Assembly: GCA_965113315.1 (NCBI GenBank)
Contig: OZ220366.1
Strand: one strand, 5' to 3'
DNA: 64,000 bases
Origin: Podarcis vaucheri
Taxonomy: Eukaryota
Part shown: positions 13,444 to 27,439 of the stretch, piece after piece
Numbering within the stretch: the stretch's first letter is position 1
Layout of the letters: every line of letters starts with the position of its first letter
Notes under the pieces: generated by a model
Seen by the model: only the letters and a program-made list of their open reading frames with translations
What the model was told of the DNA's origin: nothing
The model's database searches: none
Program-made: the position numbers and the translations under genes

Positions 13444-15762
13444 GAATATTTTCATGTGGCAGGAGCGGATGAGGCCCTTGAATGCAAATGGCATCAAAAT
13501 CCATATACGTGAACTCATGACTGTTCAAGTTTTATTGGCACCTGGTTGGGAAATCCCACAAGCACTTGTTCCCACTCCAACTGCAAATATGTAACTGATG
13601 AAGCCAGGCTGCGTCATCAGTTATTGCAGCTGTAATCTGCCGCTATGCTGCTCTCAGTTACATCTGCATGGAGGAATGTTTCTTCCCACACCAACATGGC
13701 CTCTCCTGCTTACCAAGACCAGTGATGTTGGACTGGGTAGACTGAATTATTTTTAGCAACTTGTGCAGTGCCCTGAGATCGAAAGGCAGGATGAAATGAT
13801 TTTATAAACACGTAAAGTGTCATCATGCAGATGGTGGTGGTGTCTGTTACTTACAAACAGCTATGAATTTCGCAAGGGAGAACAAGATACATGTATGTAT
13901 ATCAATATATAAATGATTATCCATAGTATAATGTCGGGGTTCCTCTGTGTCATATCACCCATTCTTTTCCCAGAACTCTCTGCTTGGTGGTAACTTGCCA
14001 AAACAGGGCTGATGGAGATATCTCCGCAGAACACCCTTATTAATGAGTGAATAAGAATAATTTGGCGGTTTCAATTCAGCGATGCATGATTTCACAGGAT
14101 CAAGCCAATATTCAGATATAAACAGGAGCCCTTGTTGTAAGCATGTGAGAATGAAATTCTGGAGCCTTCCCTATGGAAATGAGAGTAGGAGGCTGGTGAG
14201 TAAACAGCCAAAGAATGCCAGCCTTGGCCTAATCTCTCCCCCTCCCCCTTATATTTTTTTAGTTCAACTTAAGTTCACTGATTTGTGTGGGGAGCGGCTA
14301 AGAGGGGGTGCTAATACTCTTATGACACAGTGACATCCAAAGCAGTAGGAAAGTGCTTCGAGTGACAGGTGGCATTCTCTTTGTTACCCTGCCTTGCACA
14401 TGTCTCTGACATCTCTTCATGGACACAGCAGGGCTTTGATTCCTCAGTGTTTTGTATTCATGCCCTTTCCACAGCGCTGCCACAGATCTCCAGAATGCTT
14501 GGAATTGCAGAAATTCAAAGCATCTAGTTACAAGGGAAAATGATAAATTGTTGATTAAAAAAATGGATGTGGTCAGGCAGTGGAAACAATACATCTCTCT
14601 CTTGGGTTCTGGGAAGAATGCAGAAACTCACATGGGATTTTTTATTTTATTTTTCTTAATGATTTTGGTGCTGTTTGTCTTCCAGTTTTTCCGACTCTTC
14701 TAGGGACATTTCCTGCACTTAAGAGTAGTCTTCAAAAAGAAAAGAGGAGATTGTAATGAGCAGAGGTCACAAACATACTCTTTCCCCAGCCCAGTGATAT
14801 CGCTTAATACTGCAAGTGTCATTGTGCCACACTCTAGTTCAGGAGCTGGTTTTAGTATTCAGAGCGCTAATTCATTTTGTTGCTGGCAGCGCTGCATTAA
14901 TGATCAAGCTACGACAATGAACACTGTCTGCATAACAAATGTGCCTTTCTCAAGCTGCAGTAAATACAAAGTGATTAACATGGAATCGCTGCTCATGCAA
15001 ACTGCCTCTCTCTGCCTTTTAGAAAGATACCAGGTGCTTTTTTTAAAAAAAATAAAAAATAAAAATTAACCCCCTGCAAATTGTCACATTTCCTTGGGAG
15101 CAGGCTGGTATTCTTCTCTTTGCTTTCCACTAAAAGAATAAAATAAATGCATCCATTATTTCAATGGAGTTACCTTCCGGTCTTCTTTCGTCGACTCTGG
15201 TATGCTCTCTTTGGAAGGCTGCCTTTACTACATTGGATGCAAATGATTATTAATACTCTGTTCCTTGCTTCTGACATTTACCAAGGCAGAATCATCAAAC
15301 AGAACTAAATCACGTCATGCTCCTTCTGGCTAGCCTAATCCTGCCCTTCTATTTGAGCTAATGGGAGGATGGGGCGGAGGCGGCCGGGGGTGGGGGAGAG
15401 AAATCAGAGCAGGTCCATGTTGCCGTTTTTAAAAGCCTTTACATTTAAGGATCACCAGGTGGTGGTCGTGATGGCGATGCACTTTTAGCACGCGCCAAGC
15501 AAGCTCCGATTTTGGATGCTTGGACCTGAAGGAAGCAAATATGTGGCGAGAGTCAGCCGCATCTCCCCCTTCTTTCCTCTCTTAATCATGCCATTGAAGT
15601 TCTGGGCAATGTCAGTGTATTATGAAAAGATGGGATTATGCTATTCTTAGAGGCAGAGACACAGTGACGGTTCACTTGTCAGGCAGTTTTCCCTTCCACA
15701 TCATTTCTAGCGAATCTTTATTGAGGAAGCCCCCCCCCATTTGAAACGTAAAAGATGGCTGC

Positions 15763-15788
15763 GGGGAGGGGGAGGGGAGGGGGAGGGG
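15763..15788 (+). other. G-quadruplex-forming motif
   Basis: Five G4-G5 runs separated by single A residues. Function not shown. Confidence 0.6.
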
Positions 15789-17387
15789 ACAGTAACCCTC
15801 TATTAAGCAGTTGGATATGGCTGTCTCTCAGCCACTCTATGCTCTGAAGCAATGCTGTTCACATCCTTATTGCCATCTCATTATAATGTGCCAAAAGCTT
15901 AGTCTCTCTGCTCCAGAGCAGCCTTTTAAAGACAGAGCTTTATTGGAAGAAGCGTCATTCAAAAAAGAAAAGGGGAGGGGGGGAAGCTCTAGTATTTTTC
16001 TTTTTTCTTTTCCCTTCCTTTTATTCTACCAAGGCACTGCTGAAGGGATTTATTACTTATATGTGCTTTTTAAGGTCTGGAATCTTTCCTCATTTAGACA
16101 TAAATATAAGGCACTTTTTAATAAGCTGGCAATCAAGCTAGAAGGGTTGCCTAGATGGTAGAACTCCTTTGCCTTCATCCCAGCCAGTTGAATGAAATTT
16201 CACTTAAAGATGTATTACAGACCAAACTGTCAGCACCAAGCAAACAGCCTAAACGGAATAGATTTACCTCTAACAATGAGAGGTTCTGAATTCCTGTGAG
16301 CTTGTGCATCACACGCATCATGGACGTATTTGGGGATTCCCACACCCACGAGGAAGAATTGTCAAACCAAAACAAGAAGAAAGGGTGTTCAGTTCCATGG
16401 ATTTGCAAACCGTGCAGTGTCAGTCAGGAAGTTCACGGGTGATTCACAAATGTGTGTGCTTATTCATTTAAAGGCTTGTGAGAAAGAAGTTTTAGCGCAT
16501 GTGTGAATGAAATTGTGTGGTTCAATAATCCCATAATCCCAAGCAGACATTTCATAACACATCACTTCATGCATGCTACTTTTTAGCAACGGGTCCACTT
16601 GCTCACGTTTGTCGATGGTGAGCTTTCCTCACAAAAGTGTCCCAAAGCATCCCACAAAAACAACAAAATGCTAAAACAATGGTATCAGACTTCTCTGTGT
16701 CCTTGGCTGCTATGCCTCACCACTAGCCCTTCTACCACTATCATTTGCTACCACCAGTCACTCATTTCACTTTGGACCAGACTGACCTGGGTGGGTGGCG
16801 CCAAGGTACTGTTCAGTTCCAGTCCACAGTGCAATATCCATTCTCCACATTTGATTCCCTCAAATGCAGTGCCAAACCCAATCTGGATGTTGGCTTGTCT
16901 CCCATTCTAAAGTGCTGCTGCTGGCCATAAAAGCCCAGATGGGCAGTGGGGGATAAGGTGAGGGAGCAAAAGCGTCATGTCCCGGCTCACTGGTGGCAGG
17001 GGTAGCCAGGATTGCTAACTGTGCTAACATAAGTGCTAACTGACCGGGGACCATAAATTATATGACAAAAGGGTGTGATATAACTTACATAAACAAATGA
17101 ATGCTTATTTGTATTAATGGGGGATCCCACAAAAACGTGAAGGCCTCACATTGCCAATCCTTCTTTTTCAAGAGAATGAAAGGGGGGGGGAAGATAGCGT
17201 CAGGGCAGAATGGTGGGGACGATCTGCATGCTAATGCTGCAGACTATAGAGTTTATTCTAAACAGGACCAGAGTTTCAGAGTGGTTTGGGCCAGCCTGTG
17301 CCTTGGCTTTTCAAAACAGTACACATACATTGATGTAAGCCATTAACTGATGAGACATTCAATGTTGGGTGTATAAATGAGCCACTG

Positions 17388-17405
17388 GTAGTGGTAGTAG
17401 TAGTA

Positions 17406-17446
<41 letters not shown>

Positions 17447-17490
17447 TTATACCCCACCCATCTGGCTGGGTTTCCCCAGCTACTCTGGTT
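17388..17490 (-). repeat. (TAG)n(TAA)n microsatellite forming the tail of a short L2-like 3' remnant
   Basis: The trinucleotide run is followed by tttataccccacccatctggctgggtttccccagctactctgg. Confidence 0.7.
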
Positions 17491-17889
17491 GACTGTATAT
17501 GTGTGTGAGAGAGAGATTTTTGGTGGAGGCTTATGCTCATTTTGTTCTGACTGATGAGTGCGCCTGGGTTCAGGGATGAATGTGTTTTTGCCTTTTCCTG
17601 TGGTTCTTGGCTCAGTTACCTGGGGCTGCTTGCTCTGCAGAATTCCTGCTCTCTGCTTGTGGCACGCAATAAGATAGATGGTATGGGATCCTCTTTGGTG
17701 GATGGATGGCCCTGCCTCACTGGAGCTTGGACTACACAACCTTTTAGTTTCTTCCAACTGCTCTGTGGCCCCGTCATGGAATAAGGAACAGATACATAAA
17801 TTAGCCTTGCATACAATGCATGGATCACTAGGTGTCCAATTAGGGTAGCATGCAGCAAGTTTAAAACAAAGGGAAATGTTTGGTTTGAG

Positions 17890-17913
17890 CACACACACAC
17901 ACACACACACACA
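17890..17913. repeat. (CA)n microsatellite
   Basis: Direct reading. Confidence 0.95.
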
Positions 17914-18770
17914 TTGTGAAACTTACTGCCTCAGGATATGCTGAAGATTAATAGTGTAAGATTTCAAAGGCGGTGAGGTTAAATTAACACAGAGTAGGTC
18001 CAGCCTTGGCTATTAATTAAGAAGATCACAGTCAGGTTCTTCTGATTTACCATAGCAGCTGCTCAGTTTGCTGAAAACAATGAGTTGTTGCATATTTTAG
18101 TTTTGCTATGCAGAGAGGTTATTCAGTTGAAAGCAACATTGTGGAGGGGAGTTTCATTCATGATCTTCATTAGCAGAGATGGCACTAAATTTGTCGTACA
18201 CTTTGTTGTTTAGGGGCTTTCTAAGCTGTGAGAAAATGATAAGGACAAGGACAGAGCATGAACTTAAAAAAAAATAAAGGCTGAGCAGAGCACCAGCATA
18301 TTAAGTGACCTTGAACAGTTTTAACCCAAGAGTCTACAATGGTTCATGAGAAGGTTTGATGGAAGCTACCAGTATTCGTTGCTGAGCACTTCTGCATCAA
18401 GGTGTAGGGAGTGGCACCCTTGTTGGGAAGCATCACAAGATGGCAGCAGAGGCACAAGTGAAGTGTTTTCTAGGGTGCCCAGTACAGGCAAGAGCACTGA
18501 TTTGCACTTGGAAGTTGCAGAGCACGGGCCTATGACATATTTTGCATATGTTACTTTATATGCATAGACTTGTGTACATGATTTTCAGAGGGAAGCAAGC
18601 AGACTCCAACCCTTGCTCTCTGAGTTTATTCTTAGGTTAGGGATGCCAAGAGGATTTTCTGAGCCCAGGATAAAATGGGATATTAATTTGTCTTTGGGAG
18701 CAAATTAAGATGGTGGGGGATTGGGTCTCTCACAGTGCTGTGCTTTCCAGTCTGCCAGCCATCCTGTAAG

Positions 18771-18863
18771 CCAGATGTGGGGAGCCTATGACATGGCTGG
18801 TGGCCAGGGATGATGGGAGCTGTAGTCCAGCAACATCTGGAGGGCCAAAGGGTTCCCATACCT
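18771..18863. mobile_element. Partial palindromic hAT-type MITE (same family as 32459-32593)
   Basis: gggatgatgggagctgtagtccagcaacatctggagggcc arm. Confidence 0.75.
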
Positions 18864-19195
18864 GCTATAAGCAAATGTGGTTTTCAAAGTTTGTTTAAAA
18901 AAGGGGAGTTGGATGAGGGAATCCTTGGTCCATGGGATAGGACTCAAGTCCTAGACCCACCTTAGCTACCTCAACACCACTTCTGAGTACAGGCCTCTGA
19001 TGCCATGGACTGTGCCTTAGTAGGCTCTGCAAAACTTTCAGTGTCTCTGCTGAGCTAGGAGACCTTCTATCTCTGCAGGCACACCAACTCTGCCCACTTC
19101 CTTCACTGTGGGTGCTGATAGATTCCAGAGAAGTGGTCCAAGCATCTGGAGGTTTAGTTTGATGTTATGACAAGAATAATGCTTCCTTACTCTTC

Positions 19196-19228
<33 letters not shown>
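19196..19228. repeat. (CAA)n microsatellite
   Basis: Direct reading. Confidence 0.95.
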
Positions 19229-19229
<1 letters not shown>

Positions 19230-20549
19230 AAGACCCCTACCTGTTGAATTCATTGTTGCCATTCCTTGAACTTTCCCACAAAGACTCTACTAACGAACTT
19301 TGGCTCGATTATCAAAGTTACAAAGCTCCAGTGCTGTTAGAGAAATTTGTCCTTGCAAAATAGTCCAGTTTTTTAAATACTACAACAGCTTTTGTATATC
19401 TGAAAGCTTCTCACTGAAACATCAGCCTTTGTATATAGATTATCTCAAGTGATATTTTGCTCAAAACCAGGAACAATAAATGCTACTTTCCTGATAACAC
19501 ACTGCTGAGATTACAGACTATAAATGTAAAATTTGGGAAGAAAGAAAAATTATCTTCAGCTTGTTTTCCTTATAAATCTTCCATTACTCACAATGTCGTA
19601 GCAGGACTGAAGTTACACTACTGGACAATGAAATGGTTTTAACACACCTCTAATTGTTCTGAGCTATGAAATCCCACAAGAACCGCAAAATATCTTGCCT
19701 GTTTGCTTAGTGGGATGAAGTTCCAAGAAGAAAAGCCTCGAGGAGTGTCAAGGCAGAAGACTGAGTGTGACCGAAATGTGAAAGAAACCAAAGCAGTGTT
19801 TTTTTTGTTATGCAAGAACAAAGCAAGAAACATTCAGCAGGGAGCTCAATTTCCTGACAGCGTGCTATGAGAAGGATTGTCCTCTTACCAAGCCTTCAAA
19901 AAAGAAAAAGGAAAATCCCAGCCAGCATTGTCCCTCATTAGAACTGTTTGTCAAGGAGGCTTTGATTGTTAAGTGCAAGTGACTGATAATGCAAAGTGGG
20001 GGCTGGGGTTTAAATTCAGGCATAACAGATATCCTGGCTCTTCAATTATTATTTTGAACAAACAACTCTGGGAATGGTAATCACTTTGGTTCTATGGAGA
20101 ATGCCTTAACCCTTTTCCATGCTGCTTTCCCGACATAACCTCCCACCTCCCAGGTACTATTTGCACTGTGAATACGAGGTTGGGGAGTTGGGCTTAAGCC
20201 TCTCCACTCATGCCACAGTAGTCCTGATCCACCTGCCCCTGCAGCTTCCTTTTAAAATAAACAAGCAAAATTTATTTGCTTATTATATGATCATACACCT
20301 CCAGTAGCTTGTCTGATTTGTTCCTCCCTGTGCATGAGATCATCTTTTGGATACAGGCAACTCCATGAAAATAGCAACCTGCATACTCATTTTTCGTTTT
20401 CATATGTATAGTTAACATGTTTTATATCATTTTAAAGATGACTTTCCAAAGTTTCATTATCTGGCAACAGTTTTTCAAAATGGCATTTTGCACATGAAAA
20501 GAGCCACCAGAAGTGTGGAATGTAAAGTGATTCAAAATTTCTCCCTCTG

Positions 20550-21745
20550 AGACTGCAGAGCTTTGAAAAACTAAAGGATAAGGTGCAAAATTGGCTGCAT
20601 TATGCCCAAATTAATGAGGTTTTTAAGTTAGACAAAAAAACAGGTTTCCAGGTGGAAAAATCGAAACTTGAGACAGAATTGCTTGAACCAAAGACCAAGT
20701 TATTATCGAGAATGTATAACTTGCTGCTTAAATGGAACACTCAGGATGAGACAGTTAAATCAGCAATGATAAAATGGGCCCAGGACATTGGTTATAATAT
20801 TATGTCTGAAGACTGGGAAAGGTTATGGACCACCGGTATGAAATTTACTGCATGTAATGCTTTGAAAGAAAACATTATGAAGATGGTATACAGGTGGTAC
20901 ATGACCCCGGTTAAGCTAGCTAAGATTTACCATTTGTCCGATAACAAATGTTGGAAATGCAAGGAAGCTGAGGGGACATTCTTTCACCTCTGGTGGACTT
21001 GCCCAAGACTGAAGGCCTTCTGGGAAACGATCTACAATGAGTTAAAAAAGGTGTTTAAGTACACCTTTCCCAAGAAACCAGAGGCCTTCCTTCTGGGCAT
21101 TGTCGGCCAGAAGGTGTTTAAAAAGGATAGAACCTTTTTTATGTACGCTACAACAGCAGCAAGAATTCTTATCGCCAAGCATTGGAAGACCCAAGATTTG
21201 CCCACACTGGAGGACTGGCACTCGCAATTGATGAACTACATGGAACTAGCCGAGATGACTGCAAGGATCCGGGACTTGGGAGAAGAAGCAATGGAGGAGG
21301 ACTGGAAAAAATTTAAAGACTATTTGCAAAAGTATTATAAGTTATATGAAACATAAGATGTCGTATGATTGGGAACTTAGCTCCAGTAATGAAACTTGAA
21401 TATTTATGAAATTTGATAAGATTTATGAAAGAACCAAGATTTAAATGGGTAAAAACGATATTATGGTATATTTTTAGAGTATATGGTGATCAAGAGATTT
21501 AAATCTAAATTGCAATTGAAAATATAAAGAAATACACGAAATAAGGGTATAATTTGCTGATAAATTTATTGTTAAGAATGCATTGTGCGGGGGACGGGGG
21601 AAGTCCAATGGAAATTTGAAATAAGTCATTGAAGTGGTCGTGTTTCTTTTCTTTTTTATTTCCTTTCTTCTTGTCTTTTCTTTTTATTCTTTGATTGTTC
21701 TGTTATTTCTGTAAAAAATGTAATAAAAATTATTATATAAAAAAA
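20550..21745 (+). mobile_element. 5'-truncated L1-clade LINE with 3' UTR, polyA signal and A-rich tail
   Basis: Perfect 17-bp TSD caaaatttctccctctg at 20533-20549 and 21746-21762. AATAAA at 21722. Contains the ORF2 C-terminus. Confidence 0.95.
20583..21356 (+). pseudogene. L1-clade ORF2 C-terminal fragment (CCHC zinc knuckle region)
   Basis: 257 uninterrupted codons with CWKC-x8-H-x4-C (CWKCKEAEGTFFHLWWTC). EN and RT domains are absent because of 5' truncation. Confidence 0.9.
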
Positions 21746-24182
21746 CAAAATTTCTCCCTCTGTCTCTTTTAATGAGGTTCAGTTAAAAATTTCACACTAT
21801 ATTATATTGGTAGTTTTGCTTTCCCACCTGGTGAACTGGGAAGAAATTTTATGTTAAGAACAAAATCAGATGAGGTTAAGACAATAAAATTTATGCTGAT
21901 TGCATGTGTTACATTGATCACAAAACACCCACTCCCCCATGCCAAAAAATAGGAAGAAAAATCTGTAGTTTTAATTTTATTCTCTTTTTGAGGTTCCATG
22001 TATTGAAAAACTGTTCTGAGATCTGTATTTTGCACACCTTTCTTGTGACTAACATAACACCACAGCAGTGCAATGTACATAGCATAAATGTGTGGCATTT
22101 AAATCTCCTATTTTCTTCTCAGATAAATTAATAATTATTAAGGAATCAATATTATCCACAAGGAACTGGCCTAAAGCAATCCAGTGTAAATTAAACTGCC
22201 CCAGTACATGCAGTGTTGTATACATTACTGGGCTGGAGAACCACCAATGTCAAAATTCAAATTTCAAAGGTTGTGTGTGATTCAGTTCTCACATTGTTTT
22301 GGAAACTATAAATTAAGCACATTTGCCTTTAGATGTGAACTAGACTGGATTTCTACACCTTCTCTAGCAAAGCCTCTGTTTTGGGTCATGCTGCATCCAA
22401 CAAGATTGGGTGCAAGAATGCAATAGCTTACATTATATTCTCAATTAAGTAGGATTCTACTATATCTGCACAAATTAGGTATGAACACACAATATATCTC
22501 CAAGTGTTCTGCCTGTACAACCACGAGGAGAAGTGCATTCAGTAACATACAAGCTTCCTTTAGACTTTCATGCCAAATCAGTTGGGGTTGGGGTGAAGTA
22601 GGTATGCCCATATACATTGAAAGCGGGAGCATTTCTCATCCCTTTATACACTTTTGCCCATGTGTCCATTATAAACTCCCGAAGAAGGCTAGACTCTTCC
22701 AACCATCTGAACCTGCATACAGTACATATAATGTGGGCACACATTCATTGTAACAAGTGAATGCCCTTGACAATAACACTGTTCTTCCAGCTGACAGAAT
22801 TTCTTTTGATAGGTAGAATGATACTGGGGCATTATCTAGAAAATCCCTGTATGCTCCATTGCATGTGAATAAAAGCCACATGCATTCAGATCAACAAGTC
22901 TGTGTCCACAGCCCCTTTCAAGAAAATGAAGTACATGTTTACAGAAATGCACAGCAATTTGTATCAAGACAATAAGGAGCATTATGAAAGGACATGAGAC
23001 CTACACTTACTCTGCTTCTTGGTTTGGCTGCCAAGGGGAACAGTGTGGCAGGCTAGATGCCACTGTTGGTTAGACCTTGGTCTCCTGCACGTAGATGTTG
23101 ACAAAAGGGCATGTTAGAATAAAATTGGGCTGATGAGACTTTTGCTTAAATGCACAAAATCAGGGGGAAAATAAAATAAAATAACAATTTGTCTTAAGAT
23201 GATGTCTGCACTCAACCCATCACCATACAAACCCCATCAGAAAAGAAGGGAGAAGCTCCTCTGGGTTGTCTTTAAAAAATCAATTTCATTTCTCAGCTTG
23301 CTCATTGTTAAGTGTAGGTCAGGTTTATGAGACCTTGACTCAAAGGAAACAAAAATATTTCTACTGTGGCAAAACCTTTGGGGTGGGTTCAGTGTTTGTT
23401 TTTGTTTGTTTAAGTAGAAGCTCTCTGTTGCTGGCAAGGTCTCTGAAGAACTGGAGCAATGTGTGGCAATATTAAGAGAGGAGAGAGTTCTAAGTTGGTA
23501 TCATCTCCATCCTGCTAGGAAGATGACATGTGCTGCTCAGCAGTGTCAAGTTAGATGCTGCCCAGAGCACTGTGAGATGGAGATCGCAAGATGTGAAGTA
23601 CTCATTGGAGAACAAGCCCTTAAAGTTCTGGCCCTCCAGCCAGTATAGCTCTGCAAAGCCCATTAGCCTTTGTGGTGCTTCACTGATTTATACTAGCTGA
23701 GGATCCACTAAGGGTGAACAGGGGATAAAGCTAATGCTCTCTTTAAGCCACCAAGATCGACAGGAATCTCTTAATAATGCACAACTCTTCATCCAAGGGA
23801 CTCAGAGTTCCTTTTTGAAACAACTGAGCACAGCCTTCTCTCTCCTCCTGTCTTAATATAATATCCCACCCAGGATATTAATAAGACGAAGTCTGTGAGT
23901 GAACTGCTATGGAAGCAGAACTCAAGCAGTACCAGAAGCGTACAAATGAGGCAAGAGCACTGCAAAATAAAGCTGCTCTCATTTAAATTATATCAACTAG
24001 AAATAAATATTGTGCCAGTTAGCTGGACTCAGTATGTAAAATTCAGCCCAGCTTCTCCAGCTGCCCCTTCAACCCAGTCTTTCCTTGTTCCTTCAATTCA
24101 TTGATGACTGAAAATCACTCCATCTAAAGCTCACTTGCTGATAACTCTCCTTCTCCTGCCAACAGCATAGAAACCCTTCTGT

Positions 24183-25470
24183 CATAGAATGATAGAATTA
24201 TAGAGTTGGAAGGGACTCTGAAGTCCATGTAGTCCAAGCCCCTGCAATGCACAAATCCTAACTAAGATTGGCCATCTAATCCCTGCTTAAAAACCTCCAA
24301 GGAAGGAGATTTCACCATCTCTTGAGGGAATCTGTTCCACTGTTGAACAGCTCTTATATCAGAAAGTTATTCCTGATGATTAGTTGAAATCTCCTTTCTT
24401 GTAACTTGAATTCATTTGTTTAGGTCCTACCCTCCAGAGCAGGAGAAAACAAGCTTGTTCCATCCTCCATGTGACGGACTTCAAGATATTTGAAGATGGC
24501 TATCATATCTTTCTCATTCTCCTCTTTTCCAGGTTAAACATACCCAGCTCCTTCAAGTGTTCCTCATAAGGCTTGGTTTCCAGACCCTTGATCATCTTGA
24601 TTGCCCTCCTCTGCAAACATTTGTCAACATCCTTCTTAAATTGTGGCACCCAGCGCTGGGCCATGTATGGTCTGACAAAGGCAGAATAGAGAAGTACCAT
24701 ACTATGACTTCACTTGATCTGGACACTATACTTCTGTTGATGCAGCCTAGGATAGCATTAGCTTTTGTTCTTGCTGCATCACACTGATGTTAAGCTTGTG
24801 GTCTACTAAGATCCCTAGATCCTTTTCACATGTGCTAAAGGTAAGCTGGGTTTCTTCCACCTTATATTTGTGCAGCTAGTTCTTGCTGCCTAAGTGTAGA
24901 ACCTGACATTTGTCCCTATTAAAATTCATTTTGTTAGTTTTGGCCCAGTTCTCTAATCTGTTTAAGGTTATCTTGAATCCCGATTTTGTCTTCAGCAGCA
25001 CTGATTACCCCTCTGTAGTTTGGTGTCATCTGCAAATTCGATGAGTATCCCCTCAATACCTTCATTCAACAAGTTTATAAAGATGTTGAACAACAACCAG
25101 CCCAGGACAGAACCATGTGGTACTCCACTTGTCACTTTTTTCCAGAATCATGAGGAAGAAGAAGAAGAAGAGGAGGAGGAGGAGGAGGAGGAGTTTGGAT
25201 TTGATATCCCACTTTATCACTACCCTAAGGAGTCTCAAAGTGGCTAACAATTTCCCTTCCTCCCCCACAACAAACACTCTGAAGAGAGTGAGGCTGAGAG
25301 ACTTCAGAGAAGTGTAACTAGCCCAAGGTCACCCAGCAGCTGCATGTGGAGGAGAAGGGAATCGAACCCGGTTCACTAGATTACGAGTCCACTGCTCTTA
25401 ACCACTATACCACACTGGAGCCATTAGTTGGCACACTTTGGATTCAGTCAGTCAACTAACTACAAATCCT
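24183..25470 (-). mobile_element. CR1 LINE 3' portion, degraded, interrupted by a SINE
   Basis: catagaat-type octamer tail at 24183-24205. Peptide [49 protein letters not shown]. Minus-strand GVPHGSVLG and FADDTK RT motifs near 25020-25130. Confidence 0.92.
25153..25418 (-). mobile_element. Squam3-like (MIR/Ther1-related) tRNA-derived SINE with (CTC)n(CTT)n tail, nested in CR1
   Basis: Minus strand shows an A-box (gtggtatagtgg) and B-box (ggttcgattcc). Highly similar to 34451-34784. CR1 sequence continues on both sides. Confidence 0.88.
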
Positions 25471-27439
25471 CCATGCCATCTGTGTCACCCCCTGTTTCTC
25501 CCCTCCCCTGATCATTTACTAGCTTCCCTTGTTCTTCTGACCTTAGGTCTTGTCACTTTATTCCTTCCATCCTTTAATTTCTATTTCTTACTTTTGAGAT
25601 TTTTTTGTCCCGTGTCCTTCCTGCCTTTCTCTGGTGTCATGTTAATAGCACATAGCAGATTGTTTCCCAGCCAAAATGACCTTTCATTTTACTCACAGAA
25701 ACAGCATATTTCATAACTATGTTATCTTCTTGAAAGCTTCCTCTTGAGAAAATGGAATTTTTTACAACTTTTTGATTCCAACATAGCAGTTTACCCAATG
25801 GATAAGAGATGTCTAAGAAAGTGGGCAGAAACTGCCAGTAACTTGTTTACCATATTTCTGTTACTAATGTTTGTAAAAACTGTATAATGAACATGATACC
25901 AGCTAGTGAAGTGAAACCACCACCCTGGAAAATTGTATGTTTCTTTTTGTAAGAGTTCCTTTTGAAAGCCTGGAAAACACAAAAATACCGAAATGGGTGT
26001 TTGTTTATGTATCTTTCTTTACACTCAGGATTACGTGGAGAATTTTAACATAACAGGCCAGTGATAGACAGCATATAATAGATTAAAAATAAAACTTTAA
26101 TGAAAAATAATATCATTCCATGCCAGCAAAGCAAGAATTTTGATTCAGCTCCATGGCTCTGAAGTCTGTTAAACTTATTTCAATTGATTTGTCAATTAAA
26201 TAAAGTAACTTGCTATCTGTGAGACTGAATGAATAAATAAAAGGCAAAAAACGAACAAACAAATAATGGGAAGGCCGAGGTAAGGTGCTTAAACAACAGT
26301 TAATGTCAGTCTATTGAGATGCAATGGTTTACTCACAGAAAAATAACTCAAATTGCGGTGATCTTTGCTATAATTTCTATAGTGTGATGTGTTATGAGAA
26401 ACACGGGTTATATAACATATTACTAGGCAGGTTACATGTTATGCGAAACATGGAGCTTGACACTATTGCCCTGTGTCAAGTCCTTACACTTACCACCATA
26501 ATATATAGCAAAACGTACTCCATGTCTTCCTGACATCATCATATTGTGTGTTTCTCTGCATCTCCTTCCATATACTGCTATTCCTGTGCAATAGCAACAT
26601 TGCACACCCCACCAGCCTGTCTTTGTTTGAAGGGAGTTTTAGCAAGGCCTGAGTGGACGACAAGGTCCCATTCAAGTGGTCTCATATTCCAGGGCAATGA
26701 CAAAAGGTCAAGCCGCATGCCTGGCTGCTCTTTACCACACTGCTGCTTCACCCCTCCAACCCATAATTGCCTGCCATAAAAGCCAATAGTTGAGCATGAA
26801 TGCAAGCTCAAATTTATCAAGGAAATGTGCTATTCTCGTAAGTACTGTTATCACACGTTTCCCTTTGATTTGTATAAGAAACACACAGGAAATATCAATG
26901 TGCTATTAATTGCATAGATTTTGCTGACCACTCCAAGGGGCGCCTGAGGCACAAACAACACATCATTAATGGCAGTCCAAACCATTTCCTTTCTTAATAA
27001 TGCAGCGTGTTCTCTCCAGTTCTACCATTCATGAAGCTTTTTTCCAGTAAATAAAGAAGTCCCTGCTGAGAAGTACTGGTAAAAGAAAAGAAAAGAAAAG
27101 CAGTAATCAGAAAACAGACAATTTATAACTATATCAATATAAACCCCATGGCTTCAATCCTAAAATAATTTCATTTAAGGAAGTTCATGGAAGGAAAGTT
27201 TCTCATTCTCTCTTGTCTGCAACTCACCCCCCACCCCCATTCACAGAAACTTCCCTTGACAGTTGGACACCCTCCTCAGCAATGTGTCATGGCGTGGTGG
27301 GGTGGTGGTGGCTGGAAAATGTTTCTCCAGATCTTAGGGTTAAAACAATAGTCTTGGAGATGGTTCAGACATGAGTGGAGGAAAGATGTGGTTGAATACA
27401 GTTCTGCACTGGTGGGGGCTTATATCAAGCCTACCTAGT

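Noticed and set aside
16332-16341. Perfect NF-kB-type site GGGGATTCCC
   Set aside because: A single 10-mer in 64 kb with no supporting context cannot be distinguished from chance.
17343-17912. 183-aa ORF with poly-Leu and an overlapping poly-Tyr ORF
   Set aside because: Both are created by (CA)n and (TAA)n microsatellites and show no domain signal.
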